The notes below the pieces were generated by a model that searched no databases, was not told the origin of the DNA, and saw nothing but the letters and a program-made list of their open reading frames with translations. Both the position numbers and the translations under genes were made by a program. Shown here piece after piece: positions 36,546-47,251 of a DNA stretch of 64,000 bases. How positions within the stretch are numbered: position 1 is the first letter of the stretch; each line of letters starts with the position of its first letter. The stretch comes from an uncultured virus (IMG/VR IMGVR_UViG_3300021431_000011). Taxonomy: Duplodnaviria; Heunggongvirae; Uroviricota; Caudoviricetes. The DNA lies in IMG/VR virus record IMGVR_UViG_3300021431_000011. One strand, written 5' to 3'.

Positions 36546-39500
36546 TTGGATTTTTTCGCGATTCGAGCACGCAATACAAAAAGGGGGATTGAAATTTACC
36601 CCGATTTTATAGTCGGCAATCATGATGATTTCATGGTTCGTGGACATGCTTTCTATGCTATATTTGATAAGAGTACTGGCATGTGGTCTACTGATGAGAC
36701 TATGGTTCAGAAGATTGTCGACTCTGAATTGTATGAGTATGCTCAAAAACAGCAGGATGAATTCGAAGGGGTCATATCTGTTCAATACATGGCTAACTTC
36801 AGTTCGAACAGTTGGAGTAAGTATAAAAAATATTTAAAGGAAAGCGTTGATAATTATGTGCCTTTAGATCAGACGCTTACGTTCCAGAATCAAGTGTGTA
36901 AGAAAGAAGACTATGTTAGTAAGCGATTGCCATATTGTCTTGAAGATGGCGATCATTCTGCATGGGACGAACTTGTCGGGACATTATATTCTGATGAAGA
37001 GCGTGAGAAAATCGAATGGGCAATAGGTTCTGTTGTTTCCGGAGATTCTAAAAGAATTAGTAAATTCTTTGTACTCTATGGCGCACCAGGATCTGGCAAG
37101 GGAACGATTCTTGATATTATTGCAAAACTATTCAAGGGATATTATGGCATTATTGAATCTAAAGCATTGGGTAATAGAACATCTGAATTTAGTACTGCAG
37201 CTTTTAGAGATAATCCATTAGTAGCCCTCGAGTATGATAGTGATCTAAGCAAAATCGAGAATAATACCCGACTTAATTCTATTATATCTCACGAGACGAT
37301 TCCAGTTCGAGAATTGTATAAGGCAGCATACAATGTAAAGATCAACGCATTGATATTTTTGGCAACCAATAGTCCTGTTCAGATAACTGATTCGAAGTCT
37401 GGAATAATTAGACGACTGGTTGATATTAATCCATCTGGTTTGAAAATTCCTAGCAATAGGTATGTTAAACTTATTGAACAGATTAATTTCGAACTCGGGT
37501 CTATTGCACAGCATTGTTTAAATGTGTATAAGAAATTGGGGCTTCATTATTACGATGCCTATCGATCTATTGACATGATGGAGCGAACTGATATTTTCTT
37601 CAACTTTGTAGAAGAGTCATATTTTACGTTTAAGCAAGAAGATGGCGTAAGTCTTAAACGAGCATGGTCTATGTACAAAGAGTATAGCGAAGAATCCGGT
37701 TTGCAATATTTGATGCCTAAGCATAGATTTAAGCAAGAGCTTCGAGAATATTTTGACAAATTCATACCTGATACAAAACTTAAAGATGGCACAAGAATTA
37801 AGAATTATTACAGAGGCTTTTTGTCATGGAAGGTCGACGGCAAAAAAGATATTACAATGATTGCTGATGATGGTGATATATTTGACTTTGAACCCCCACC
37901 ATGGTTGCAATTGAGTGAAGAAGCAGCTTTAGATTCTATATTGGATGCTGAGCTTAGAGATTGTCCGGCACAGTACGCTAATGAAACGGGAACGCCGTTT
38001 ATAAAATGGGAAAATGTTAAGGGCACATTAAAAATGCTTAATACTCATTTTCTACATTATGTGCTTATGCCGGACAATTATATTGTGATCGATTTTGATT
38101 TAAAAGATCCAGAAACAGGCGAAAAATCGGCAAAATTAAATCTTGAAGCAGCTTCACATTGGCCTCCTACTTATGCTGAGTTTAGTAAAAGTGGCGCAGG
38201 GTTACATCTTCATTATATTTATGGTGGTGATGTAAATCTTTTAAAATCCATATATTCTGATGATATAGAAATTAAGGTGTTTAAGGGTAATAGTTCTTTA
38301 AGAAGACAACTTACCAAATGTAACAAAATTCCAATTCGAACGATTTCAAGTGGTTTGCCATTAAGAGAGGAGAAACGAGTGATCAATCACGAAGCTGTTA
38401 AAAGTGAACGAAAACTTCGCGAGTTGATTAGCAGATGTTTAGAAAAAGAGTTCGGCGCAACTAAGCCGTCGGTAGATTTTATTAATCATTTGCTTGTCGA
38501 AGCGAAAGAATCCGGTCTGTCATATGATGTGTCTGACATGAAGCAAGCAATAATGATATTTGCTATGAACAGTACACATCAGGCAGAGTATTGCATGAAG
38601 CTTGCTAGCGAAATGCCATATAAGTCAGAAGAGCCTAGTTCTAGTGGGAATGGTAAGTATGCTGACGATCGTTTGGTTTTCTTTGACGTAGAGGTTTTTC
38701 CAAATCTTTTTCTGATAAATTGGAAATTTGCTGGTTCTAGCGAATGCGTTAGGATGGTTAATCCTACTCCAGAAGAAGTTGGAGAGCTATTCAATTACAA
38801 GCTCGTAGGCTTTAACAATCGTAGGTATGACAATCATATTTTGTATGCTCGATACATCGGATACAATAATGAAGAACTTTATATTTTAAGCCAAAAAATT
38901 GTTAGTAATGATCGAAATGTTAATGCCACTTTTAGTGAAGCATACAATTTGTCATATACTGACGTATACGATTTCGCTTCTGCTGGACATAAAAAGTCTT
39001 TGAAGAAGTGGGAAATTGAACTTGGTTTGCATCATCAGGAGCTGGGATTGCCTTGGGATCAACCGGTTCCAGAAGAGCAGTGGAGTTTGGTTGCCGAGTA
39101 TTGCGACAATGATGTCATATCTACCGAAGCCGTATTCAACCACTTAAGCGGTGATTTTAGAGCTCGTGAAATTCTAGCTGATATTGCTGGAATGACTGTT
39201 AATGATAGCACAAATTCGTTAACAACCAGAATTATATTTGGGAAAGAGAAAAAGCCTAAACTTAATTGGTATGATCTTGCTGAGGAATTCCCTGGCTATC
39301 AGTATAAGTCAGGCAAGAACATGTACCGTGGCGATGATGTTGGTCGCGGTGGTTGGGTTTATGCTAATCCAGGAATGTATGGATATTGTAAGACATTCGA
39401 CGTCGCTTCTATGCATCCGCGTTCAATCATTGAAGAAAGATATTTGGGCGAGTATACAGATCGCTTTGAGGATCTCGTAAACATTCGTTTGTTCATTAAG

Positions 39501-40484
39501 CATGGCGATTATGATTCAGTTGCAAAGTTGTTTGATGGCAAACTTAGGCCATATTTAAACAATAAGAATGAGGCCAAAGATTTGTCGAATGCATTAAAGA
39601 CTGCTATCAATTCGGTGTATGGATTAACTTCGGCTTCTTTTGATAATCCATTCCGAGATAGGCGCAATAAGAATAATATTGTTGCGCTTCGCGGAGCATT
39701 ATTTATGCGGACACTTCAGGATGAAGTCGAAAGCCGTGGCTTTACAGTAGTGCATATTAAAACTGATTCAATAAAGATTGCAGATCCTACACCAGATATT
39801 GAGCAATTTGTTTATGAGTTTGGCAAAAAATACGGATACACTTTTGAAGTTGAAGCTGAATGGGAAAAACTTTGTTTGGTGAATAATGCGGTATTTATTG
39901 GCAAGCAAACTGTAACATCACCCCAAGCACCTGGCAAATGGACTGCTACTGGTAAGCAATTCCAAGAGCCTTATGTCTTTAAAAAGATATTTTCGCATGA
40001 GCCGATAACTTTCGATGACATGTGCATAACCATGACTTGCAAGTCTGCATTCTATTTGGACATGAATGAGCAATTACCGGAAGGTAGCTCTATGCCAGTA
40101 TTTATTGGACGAGCTGGTTCATTCTGTCCTATAGAGTCTGGTTATGGTGGTGGCATATTACTTCGAGCCGAGAGCGACGGACGATTGTCGGCCGCTTCTG
40201 GAACGAAGGGTTATCGATTCTTAGAGGCCGAAACAGTTCGTGGTACCGATCTAGAGAAACACGTAGATAGGTCATATTTCGAGAAGTTGGTTGACGATGC
40301 TATAACAGACATCTCAAAGTATGGTGACTTTTATAGTTTTGCTGCTGACGGAATAGATATTCCATGGGCCATGCCATGCGGTGATTTGCTAATTACTAGT
40401 TGTAAAGATTGCCCGCATTATATAGCCGATCATAGCCTATGCGATCTAGGCTTTGATATTTCTGATGTATTACTAAGAATGTAA
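36546..40484 (+). CDS. SF3 helicase-primase-3'-5' exonuclease-family B DNA polymerase fusion
   Basis: GAPGSGKG Walker A; DFD and SKSGAGLHLHY (prim-pol); FDVEV exo I; DVASMHP, K..INSVYG, IKTDS PolB motifs; AAGGAGG RBS before TTG 36546. Confidence 0.9.
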   Translation: MDFFAIRARNTKRGIEIYPDFIVGNHDDFMVRGHAFYAIFDKSTGMWSTDETMVQKIVDSELYEYAQKQQDEFEGVISVQYMANFSSNSWSKYKKYLKESVDNYVPLDQTLTFQNQVCKKEDYVSKRLPYCLEDGDHSAWDELVGTLYSDEEREKIEWAIGSVVSGDSKRISKFFVLYGAPGSGKGTILDIIAKLFKGYYGIIESKALGNRTSEFSTAAFRDNPLVALEYDSDLSKIENNTRLNSIISHETIPVRELYKAAYNVKINALIFLATNSPVQITDSKSGIIRRLVDINPSGLKIPSNRYVKLIEQINFELGSIAQHCLNVYKKLGLHYYDAYRSIDMMERTDIFFNFVEESYFTFKQEDGVSLKRAWSMYKEYSEESGLQYLMPKHRFKQELREYFDKFIPDTKLKDGTRIKNYYRGFLSWKVDGKKDITMIADDGDIFDFEPPPWLQLSEEAALDSILDAELRDCPAQYANETGTPFIKWENVKGTLKMLNTHFLHYVLMPDNYIVIDFDLKDPETGEKSAKLNLEAASHWPPTYAEFSKSGAGLHLHYIYGGDVNLLKSIYSDDIEIKVFKGNSSLRRQLTKCNKIPIRTISSGLPLREEKRVINHEAVKSERKLRELISRCLEKEFGATKPSVDFINHLLVEAKESGLSYDVSDMKQAIMIFAMNSTHQAEYCMKLASEMPYKSEEPSSSGNGKYADDRLVFFDVEVFPNLFLINWKFAGSSECVRMVNPTPEEVGELFNYKLVGFNNRRYDNHILYARYIGYNNEELYILSQKIVSNDRNVNATFSEAYNLSYTDVYDFASAGHKKSLKKWEIELGLHHQELGLPWDQPVPEEQWSLVAEYCDNDVISTEAVFNHLSGDFRAREILADIAGMTVNDSTNSLTTRIIFGKEKKPKLNWYDLAEEFPGYQYKSGKNMYRGDDVGRGGWVYANPGMYGYCKTFDVASMHPRSIIEERYLGEYTDRFEDLVNIRLFIKHGDYDSVAKLFDGKLRPYLNNKNEAKDLSNALKTAINSVYGLTSASFDNPFRDRRNKNNIVALRGALFMRTLQDEVESRGFTVVHIKTDSIKIADPTPDIEQFVYEFGKKYGYTFEVEAEWEKLCLVNNAVFIGKQTVTSPQAPGKWTATGKQFQEPYVFKKIFSHEPITFDDMCITMTCKSAFYLDMNEQLPEGSSMPVFIGRAGSFCPIESGYGGGILLRAESDGRLSAASGTKGYRFLEAETVRGTDLEKHVDRSYFEKLVDDAITDISKYGDFYSFAADGIDIPWAMPCGDLLITSCKDCPHYIADHSLCDLGFDISDVLLRM

Positions 40485-40615
40485 GGAGTTTTAAGGTGTC
40501 ATAAAAGTAGTATTGGGTTTCTTATCGATTATACCGATAACGCAGGCGTAAATGGCCTCTTATAAGCTCTGAGGCCTATTAGAAAGATATTTGTAGAGTA
40601 TTAAGGAGAATTACT

Positions 40616-41092
40616 ATGCCTCGTGAGAATTTTGCATCTATTAACATTCCCAACGCCAAGTTTATTTTCTATACCAATTTTAAGGGTGCTGCTGGTCCTT
40701 ACAATAATGAGGGTGAGAGAAACTTTAATGTCATATTGGAGGGCGATGCTCTTCAGCAGGCACTTGACTATGGTATGAATGTTAAGACCACTAAGCCTCG
40801 TGACGGGTATGAGCCTGTGAGTTATATTAAGGTTAATATTGGCTACAAGTATCGTGCCCCTATTGCTATGCTTATTAATTCTCAGGTTAAGCGTAATCTT
40901 ACCGAGCAGACTATTGGCCTTCTTGACGATTATGAGTACAGTAATGTTGATATTGTCATTAGGCCTAATAGGTGGCGTCGTCCCAATGGTGAGACTGGGG
41001 TTAATGCATATTTGCAGGCAATCTATGCAACGGTCGTAGAGGACCCGTTTGTCTCAAAGTACTATGATATTCCAGAGATTGAGTCTGAGTAG
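40616..41092 (+). CDS. Single-stranded DNA-binding protein
   Basis: NF.G....YN.EG.RNF, AYL..IY, acidic tail; position after the polymerase. Confidence 0.7.
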   Translation: MPRENFASINIPNAKFIFYTNFKGAAGPYNNEGERNFNVILEGDALQQALDYGMNVKTTKPRDGYEPVSYIKVNIGYKYRAPIAMLINSQVKRNLTEQTIGLLDDYEYSNVDIVIRPNRWRRPNGETGVNAYLQAIYATVVEDPFVSKYYDIPEIESE

Positions 41093-41095
41093 CAA

Positions 41096-42313
41096 ATGAT
41101 CGAGTTGCGTCCTGAACAGCAGGATGCTTTAGACAAGCTTAGAACCGGCTCCATCTTAGTTGGTGGGGTCGGTTCTGGCAAGTCTATCACTGCATTAGCA
41201 TATTTTTATAATAAAGTTTGCGGCGGTGATTATAAAAAGCTATCAATACCATTAAAGCCTCGTTCGTTGTATATTATTACTACTGCACGCAAAAGGGATA
41301 CATTAGAATGGGCCGATGAGTATCGAAAGTTTGGACTGTCGAGCGATCCTGCTTTTAGTATAGGAAAGATATTTGTACAAGTAGACTCATGGAACAACAT
41401 TACTAAGTATACAGATGTGAAAAATGCCTTTTTCATATTTGATGAGCAACGAGTAGTTGGATCAGGAGCATGGGTTAGGGCATTTATTAAAATAGCCAAA
41501 ACCAATGACTGGATTTTGTTAAGTGCTACTCCTGGCGATACATGGTCTGATTATATTCCCGTATTTGTAGCTAACGGCTTTTACAAAAATCGTACAGAGT
41601 TTATTCGTAGGCATGCCATATTTGATCGCTTTGCTAAATACCCTAAAATTGTTAGATATGTTGAAACCGAAGTATTGGAAAGGTATAGAAAACGAATTCT
41701 TGTTACTATGCGAGATCGTCGTCATACCATACGTCATGTAGTAGATGTTCAAGTTGGTTACCAAAAAGATATTTACGACTTAGCTTTTAAGAATCGATGG
41801 AACCCATTTGATGAAGAGCCAATTCGCGATGCTGGGCAATTGTGTCATATTCTAAGACGAATCGTTAACAATGATGAAAGTCGAATAGACAAATTGGCAG
41901 AACTATTAGAGAAACATGAAAAAGCGGTTATATTTTACAATCTTAATAGCGAATTAGATTTGTTAAGAGAAATACCGAAAAGATATTCTAAATTAAAAGA
42001 CTATTCGGTTGCTGAATGGAATGGGCACAAGCATGAACTAATTCCTAAAAGTAATAAGTGGATTTACTTAGTCCAGTATGGAGCTGGAGCAGAAGGTTGG
42101 AATTGTACGCAAACTGATACGGTTATATTTTACTCATTGAATTATTCGTATAAGATTATGGAACAGGCTTCCGGTAGAATAGATAGAATTAATACGCCGT
42201 ATACGCATTTGTATTATTATCGTTTATTATCTAAATCGTCCATCGATTCGGCTATATTATTGGCGCTGCAAAGTAAGAAAAATTTTAATGAGTCAGCATT
42301 TGTGCGGACATAA
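41096..42313 (+). CDS. SF2 DNA helicase
   Basis: GVGSGKS, DEQR, SATP, GAEGWN, QASGRIDR. Confidence 0.9.
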   Translation: MIELRPEQQDALDKLRTGSILVGGVGSGKSITALAYFYNKVCGGDYKKLSIPLKPRSLYIITTARKRDTLEWADEYRKFGLSSDPAFSIGKIFVQVDSWNNITKYTDVKNAFFIFDEQRVVGSGAWVRAFIKIAKTNDWILLSATPGDTWSDYIPVFVANGFYKNRTEFIRRHAIFDRFAKYPKIVRYVETEVLERYRKRILVTMRDRRHTIRHVVDVQVGYQKDIYDLAFKNRWNPFDEEPIRDAGQLCHILRRIVNNDESRIDKLAELLEKHEKAVIFYNLNSELDLLREIPKRYSKLKDYSVAEWNGHKHELIPKSNKWIYLVQYGAGAEGWNCTQTDTVIFYSLNYSYKIMEQASGRIDRINTPYTHLYYYRLLSKSSIDSAILLALQSKKNFNESAFVRT

Positions 42314-42436
42314 TGTCCGCGCAGAAAAAACTTACACTTATATAGGAGGAGTAAGATTTTTCGGATCTTACTCTTTCTATATTTTTTGTATGTTATGCCT
42401 TGTTTATTTTTTTTTTTCGCACTTGAAAGTACAGTA

Positions 42437-42736
42437 ATGAAAAAAGAGAACGCTTTTCAGTCTAATCTTATTAAAGAGTTAAAAAAGATATTTCCGGGTT
42501 GTATGGTTTTAAAGAACGATAGCTCTTACTATCAAGGTATTCCCGATTTATTAGTTTTGTTTAATGATAAATGGGCTATGCTAGAATGTAAGCGAAGTTC
42601 AACAGCCAGTCATCGACCGAATCAGGATTATTACATTGAGAAATTTGGTAAAATGTCTTATGCCAGTTTCATATCTCCTGACAATAAGGAAGAGGTCTTA
42701 GATGAACTTCAACAAGCATTTCGACTTGGAAGGTAA
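42437..42736 (+). CDS. VRR-NUC domain nuclease
   Basis: E..FQ, GIPDL, LECK, Q. Confidence 0.85.
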   Translation: MKKENAFQSNLIKELKKIFPGCMVLKNDSSYYQGIPDLLVLFNDKWAMLECKRSSTASHRPNQDYYIEKFGKMSYASFISPDNKEEVLDELQQAFRLGR

Positions 42737-43277
42737 ACATGCATTTTTAGGAGCGAGTAAATATTCTTGGCTCGGTTATGATGCTGAAAAGTTAAGAGAG
42801 TCATATTTGAGCAATCAAGCTCGATATAGAGGAACTCAGTTGCATGAGCTTGCTAGTCAACTTATTAAATTAGGCGTTAAGCTTCCTGATACTCATCAAA
42901 CGCTTAATTTGTTTGTTAACGATGCTATTGGCTATCGAATGCAATCTGAGCAAATTTTATATTATTCCAATAATTGTTTTGGAACTGCTGATGCTATATC
43001 CTATAAAGAACGTGATAAGAAACTCAGAATTCACGATCTTAAGACCGGAGTAACCCCAGCATCTATGAAGCAGTTGTATATTTACACAGCATTATTTTGC
43101 TTAGAGTATGCTATGGATCCACATCAAATGGACATAGAACTTCGTATTTATCAGTCAGATGATGTCGAAATTGAGATCCCTGAAACAACAGATATTTTGC
43201 AAGTTATGCAACAGATTCGCAGTTTCGACATGATTCTGAATGAACTTCGAGAAGAGGAGGAAAATGCATGGATGTAG
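42702..43277 (+). CDS. PD-(D/E)XK (Cas4/RecB-like) exonuclease
   Basis: GT.LH, E, GTADAI, IHDLKTG, QL.IY. Confidence 0.8.
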   Translation: MNFNKHFDLEGKHAFLGASKYSWLGYDAEKLRESYLSNQARYRGTQLHELASQLIKLGVKLPDTHQTLNLFVNDAIGYRMQSEQILYYSNNCFGTADAISYKERDKKLRIHDLKTGVTPASMKQLYIYTALFCLEYAMDPHQMDIELRIYQSDDVEIEIPETTDILQVMQQIRSFDMILNELREEEENAWM

Positions 43278-46030
43278 ACGAACGTGAGTATGCGTCATAT
43301 TTGATGCATTATGGTACTCCTCGTCATTCTGGTAGGTATCCGTGGGGTTCTGGCGATAATCCTTATCAGCGTAACGCTAATTTTAGGTCATATGTTCTAG
43401 ATCTTAGGCATCAAGGAATGAGCGATGCTGAAATTGCACGTGGCATGGGAATGACCAAGAACGAATTAGTGGCTGCTATGTCTCAAGCTCGTGCTGAGAA
43501 TAGAGCAGAAGATGTTGCTGAAGCTAAACGGCTTATAGCTAAGGGATATTCTCAGTCAGCAGCAGCTCGTCGTATGGGCATTAATGAATCGCAAGTACGA
43601 AATCTGCTTAAGGAAGATATTCAAGATCGAGCGAATCGTTCTGCTGATACTGCCGAATTGCTTAAGCGAGAGCTTGAAGAGCATGGGGGTTATATTGACA
43701 TCGGTCGTGGGTCAGAAGAGTATCTTGGTACTACGCAATATGTTCTAAAAAATGCCGTGGCTCAGCTTCATAACGAGGGTTACGAAATCCATAACGTTAA
43801 GGTACAACAAGCTGGAACAGGCAAAAACACGACTGTTCAAGTATTATGCCCTCCCGGTACTCCATGGGTAGAAGTTGCTAACAACAAGGGTGATATTCGG
43901 TTGGTTAATGCACCATATGATCCAACCAGTAGCACTGGCAGATCAATGCTTGGACTTGAAAAACCGGTTGGCATTGATCCAAAGCGTGTCATGATTCGGT
44001 ATGCGGATGATGTTGGTCCTGATGGCGGAAAGGGTATTGAGAAAGACGGCGTAATCGAGCTTCGTAGAGGTGTTGATGACATATCTTTAGGAAAAGCTAA
44101 TTACGCACAGGTTCGTATTAATGTTGGCGATACTCATTATTTAAAGGGCATGGCAGTTTATGGTGATAACATGCCAGATGGAGTAGATGTCATATTTAAT
44201 ACGAATAAGCATCGCGATACTCCTATGATGGGGACTAAAGACAATACCGTTCTAAAAGAAATGAAACGAAACAAAGAAACTGGCGAAATTGATTGGGATA
44301 ATCCATTTGGCGCCACTATAAAAACCGAAGGCGACACGAGTACCAGTCTAAAACTTGCACAAAGATATTATGTAGATAAGAACGGCAAAAAGAAATTATC
44401 GGCAATTAATGTAGTTAATGAAGAAGGCGATTGGGAAACTTGGGCACCCACATTGTCAAGCCAGTTCTTATCTAAGCAAACGCCAGCTATGGCAAAACGT
44501 CAGCTTAAGATTGCATCTGATGCACGTCAAGCAGAATATGACGACATAATGACATTAACCAATCCGACTGTAAAAAAGAAGCTATTACTTGAATTTGCTG
44601 ATGAATGTGATTCTGCAGCTGTTCATTTAAAGGCTGCTGCTTTGCCTAGACAGTCTAGTCATGTCATATTACCAGTACCAGGAATTAAAGAAAATGAGAT
44701 ATTTGCTCCAAATTATCGAAATGGAGAGCAAGTAGCTCTTGTTCGACATCCTCATGCGGGTCGCTTTGAGATTCCTCTCCTTACGGTAAACAACAATTCT
44801 AAAGAAGCCGCAAGAGTTATGGGAAAAAATTCACCAGATGCGGTTGGTATCAATGCTAAAACTGCGGCCATATTATCTGGCGCAGATTTTGACGGCGATA
44901 GCGTTCTTGTTATTCCTACTAAAGGTACTAATCTTAAAGCGCAAGCTCCTCTTAAAGGGCTTAAAGACTTCGAGCCAAAAGATGCATATCGTGCATATCC
45001 TGGAATGCCTGAAACATCTAAGAAAAATGGTTTTAACAAACAGATAGAAATGGGTAAAGTTTCTAATCTAATTACAGATATGACCTTAAAAGGTGCTAAT
45101 GACGAAGAACTTGCTAGAGCGGTTAGGCATTCTATGGTTGTAATAGATGCCGAAAAGCATAATTTGGATTGGCGACGTTCTGCTAGAGAAAATGGCATAT
45201 CTGAACTTAAGAAAAAGTATCAAGGCGGCCCCAATTCTGGAGCATCAACATTAATTTCTAAAGCTAAAAGCATGGCTGTAGTTCCTGACCGTAAGGAAAT
45301 ATCGCCCGATAAACGTACTGGCGAACGGCGTTATATTCCTACTGGCAAAACGCATAAAGATAGAAAAACTGGTAAAGATGTTCTTAATACTACAGTAACC
45401 ACCAAAATGTTCGAAGCAAAAGATGCCAATGATTTGTCTTCTGGCACCGTTATGGAGAACATATATGCCGCTCATGCTAATAAGCTTAAAAGTCTTGCTA
45501 ACCAAGCCCGAAAAGAAGCTCTTTCTTCGGAATCTGTGCCATATTCTGCATCTGCTAGAAAAGCTTATGCTAAAGAGGTTGCTTCTTTGGATGGAAAGTA
45601 CAAACTTGCTCAACGCAATAAACCATTAGAGCGTCAAGCACAGCTTATTGCAGAAACTGTGGTAAAAGCTAAAATAAGAGCTAATCCAGAACTTAAAGAT
45701 GACAAAGATCATTTGAAGAAAGTTCAGCAACAAGCTCTTAGAGAAGCTAGAGAACGTACTGGTGCTAAGAAACGTGATTTCGACATTACCGATAAGGAGT
45801 GGGAAGCTATTCAAGCTGGAGCAATACATAAGACTCGCTTAGAAGCATTGTTGGCTACTGCTGATAGCGATCGTGTTCATGAGCTTGCTATGCCTAAAAC
45901 TACTCGTACTGTCAACCCTAATGTCATATCTAGAGCTAAAGCTATGCAGGCATCTGGTAAGACTCAAGCTGAAATCGCAGATGCTCTTGGTGTTAGTACT
46001 ACTACAGTCAATACAATCCTGCGGAATTAG
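43268..46030 (+). CDS. Single-chain two-barrel (DFDGD) RNA polymerase with HTH domains
   Basis: RHPHAG..E.P and GADFDGD catalytic motif; two N-terminal HTHs and one C-terminal HTH; N-terminal LMHYG..WG tag variant. Confidence 0.75.
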   Translation: MDVDEREYASYLMHYGTPRHSGRYPWGSGDNPYQRNANFRSYVLDLRHQGMSDAEIARGMGMTKNELVAAMSQARAENRAEDVAEAKRLIAKGYSQSAAARRMGINESQVRNLLKEDIQDRANRSADTAELLKRELEEHGGYIDIGRGSEEYLGTTQYVLKNAVAQLHNEGYEIHNVKVQQAGTGKNTTVQVLCPPGTPWVEVANNKGDIRLVNAPYDPTSSTGRSMLGLEKPVGIDPKRVMIRYADDVGPDGGKGIEKDGVIELRRGVDDISLGKANYAQVRINVGDTHYLKGMAVYGDNMPDGVDVIFNTNKHRDTPMMGTKDNTVLKEMKRNKETGEIDWDNPFGATIKTEGDTSTSLKLAQRYYVDKNGKKKLSAINVVNEEGDWETWAPTLSSQFLSKQTPAMAKRQLKIASDARQAEYDDIMTLTNPTVKKKLLLEFADECDSAAVHLKAAALPRQSSHVILPVPGIKENEIFAPNYRNGEQVALVRHPHAGRFEIPLLTVNNNSKEAARVMGKNSPDAVGINAKTAAILSGADFDGDSVLVIPTKGTNLKAQAPLKGLKDFEPKDAYRAYPGMPETSKKNGFNKQIEMGKVSNLITDMTLKGANDEELARAVRHSMVVIDAEKHNLDWRRSARENGISELKKKYQGGPNSGASTLISKAKSMAVVPDRKEISPDKRTGERRYIPTGKTHKDRKTGKDVLNTTVTTKMFEAKDANDLSSGTVMENIYAAHANKLKSLANQARKEALSSESVPYSASARKAYAKEVASLDGKYKLAQRNKPLERQAQLIAETVVKAKIRANPELKDDKDHLKKVQQQALREARERTGAKKRDFDITDKEWEAIQAGAIHKTRLEALLATADSDRVHELAMPKTTRTVNPNVISRAKAMQASGKTQAEIADALGVSTTTVNTILRN

Positions 46031-46048
46031 TGTGAGGGGGGTTATATT

Positions 46049-46351
46049 TTGGATACAGTTTACATGCTTACTACTAAAGACAATCCATACAATCCCTTTA
46101 CACACTATGATGAATGGGATACATGGGATCGGTTTCATGGGTGGCATATAGAACCTGATGGCAGTATTAAGTTAGGCTATTATACAAGTGCATATTTAGG
46201 AAGAGTGGCTGCAACATCTGACGAAATTAGTCCTGCACAGTATACTAGGGCCATTAATGACGCTATCGATGAAATCGTTAGCTACAACATCACTGGCAAT
46301 TATGTTAAAGTACAAGAATCCGATTACAAAAATTGGAAACCAGTAACGTAG
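46049..46351 (+). CDS. Conserved-type phage hypothetical protein
   Basis: MLTTKDNPYNPF..DEW...GY....YL.R..AIDEI. Confidence 0.7.
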   Translation: MDTVYMLTTKDNPYNPFTHYDEWDTWDRFHGWHIEPDGSIKLGYYTSAYLGRVAATSDEISPAQYTRAINDAIDEIVSYNITGNYVKVQESDYKNWKPVT

Positions 46352-47090
46352 GTCATATTTTAGGGGTGCTCGCTACTTAATGTAACGGGCACCTCTTATA
46401 AGATAGGGTCATATTTGTCTATTTGTCATTAGAGTTGTAATTAGAAAATTACTTGATCTTATTCAAATTTTAGGTCATATTTGACTATTTGATCTAAAAT
46501 GCTTTAAAAACATTACTTAATTACATTCGAATTTTATGTCGTATTTGACTATTTTATGTAAAATACATTAAAACGCTGCTTAATTACGTCCAAATTTTAG
46601 GTCATATTTAGCCTATAATAGTTAAAAAATCATTTACAATAAAAATTTTGAATAATAACGATACTATGCCTATATACGGGTCATATTTGACTCATTTTAA
46701 TGCTCAAAAACGGCCTTATATGGGGCTTCTATATAGGCCTCTATATAGGGCTTCTATATGGGTCATATTTCAGCAGTTAAAACTCCCTTATGGTCCTACT
46801 AGTATACTGAATAGCTAACTATCCATAGTAGTTTACTACTGTAATAGATCTATATAGGGTCATATTTCAGCAGCTGAAACTCTACTTATGATCCTACTGT
46901 ATACTGAGTAACTAACTACTCATAGTAGTTTACTACTGTAATAGTTCTATATAGGGTCATATTTTAGTAGTTAAACTTACTTATGATCCTACCGTATACT
47001 AAGTAACTAACTATTCATAGTAGTTTACTACTGTAATAGCTAACTATTCGCACTAGTCTACTACCCCAATAGCTATCACGGGTCATATTT
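46351..47090 (+). repeat. GGTCATATTT iterons with 63-66-bp and 97-bp tandem units
   Basis: Copies at 46351, 46407, 46473, (46537), 46600, 46679, 46761, 46858, 46955, 47081. Confidence 0.9.
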
Positions 47091-47242
47091 TGAGAGCCAA
47101 CCCCCTATGCCAAAAATTGATGAATATCAGTAATATTCATAAAAATCGCAAATAGACCAAAAAACTGATCTTTTTTGCCTTTTTCTGATATAAAATTGCT
47201 AATAGGGGGGAGGGGATGCCAAAAATTTGGATGCCTCCAAAT

Positions 47243-47251
47243 CGCCGCACT
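47243..47251. other. Probable cos site (CGCCGCACT)
   Basis: Between GGGGGAGGGG and CCCCGGGG, upstream of small terminase/HNH; resembles the 9-nt CGCCG..CT 3' overhangs recalled for related actinophages. Confidence 0.6.

Noticed and set aside
42702..43277. Cas4-like gene as part of a CRISPR system
   Set aside because: Solo PD-(D/E)XK nuclease in the replication module, with no array or other cas genes
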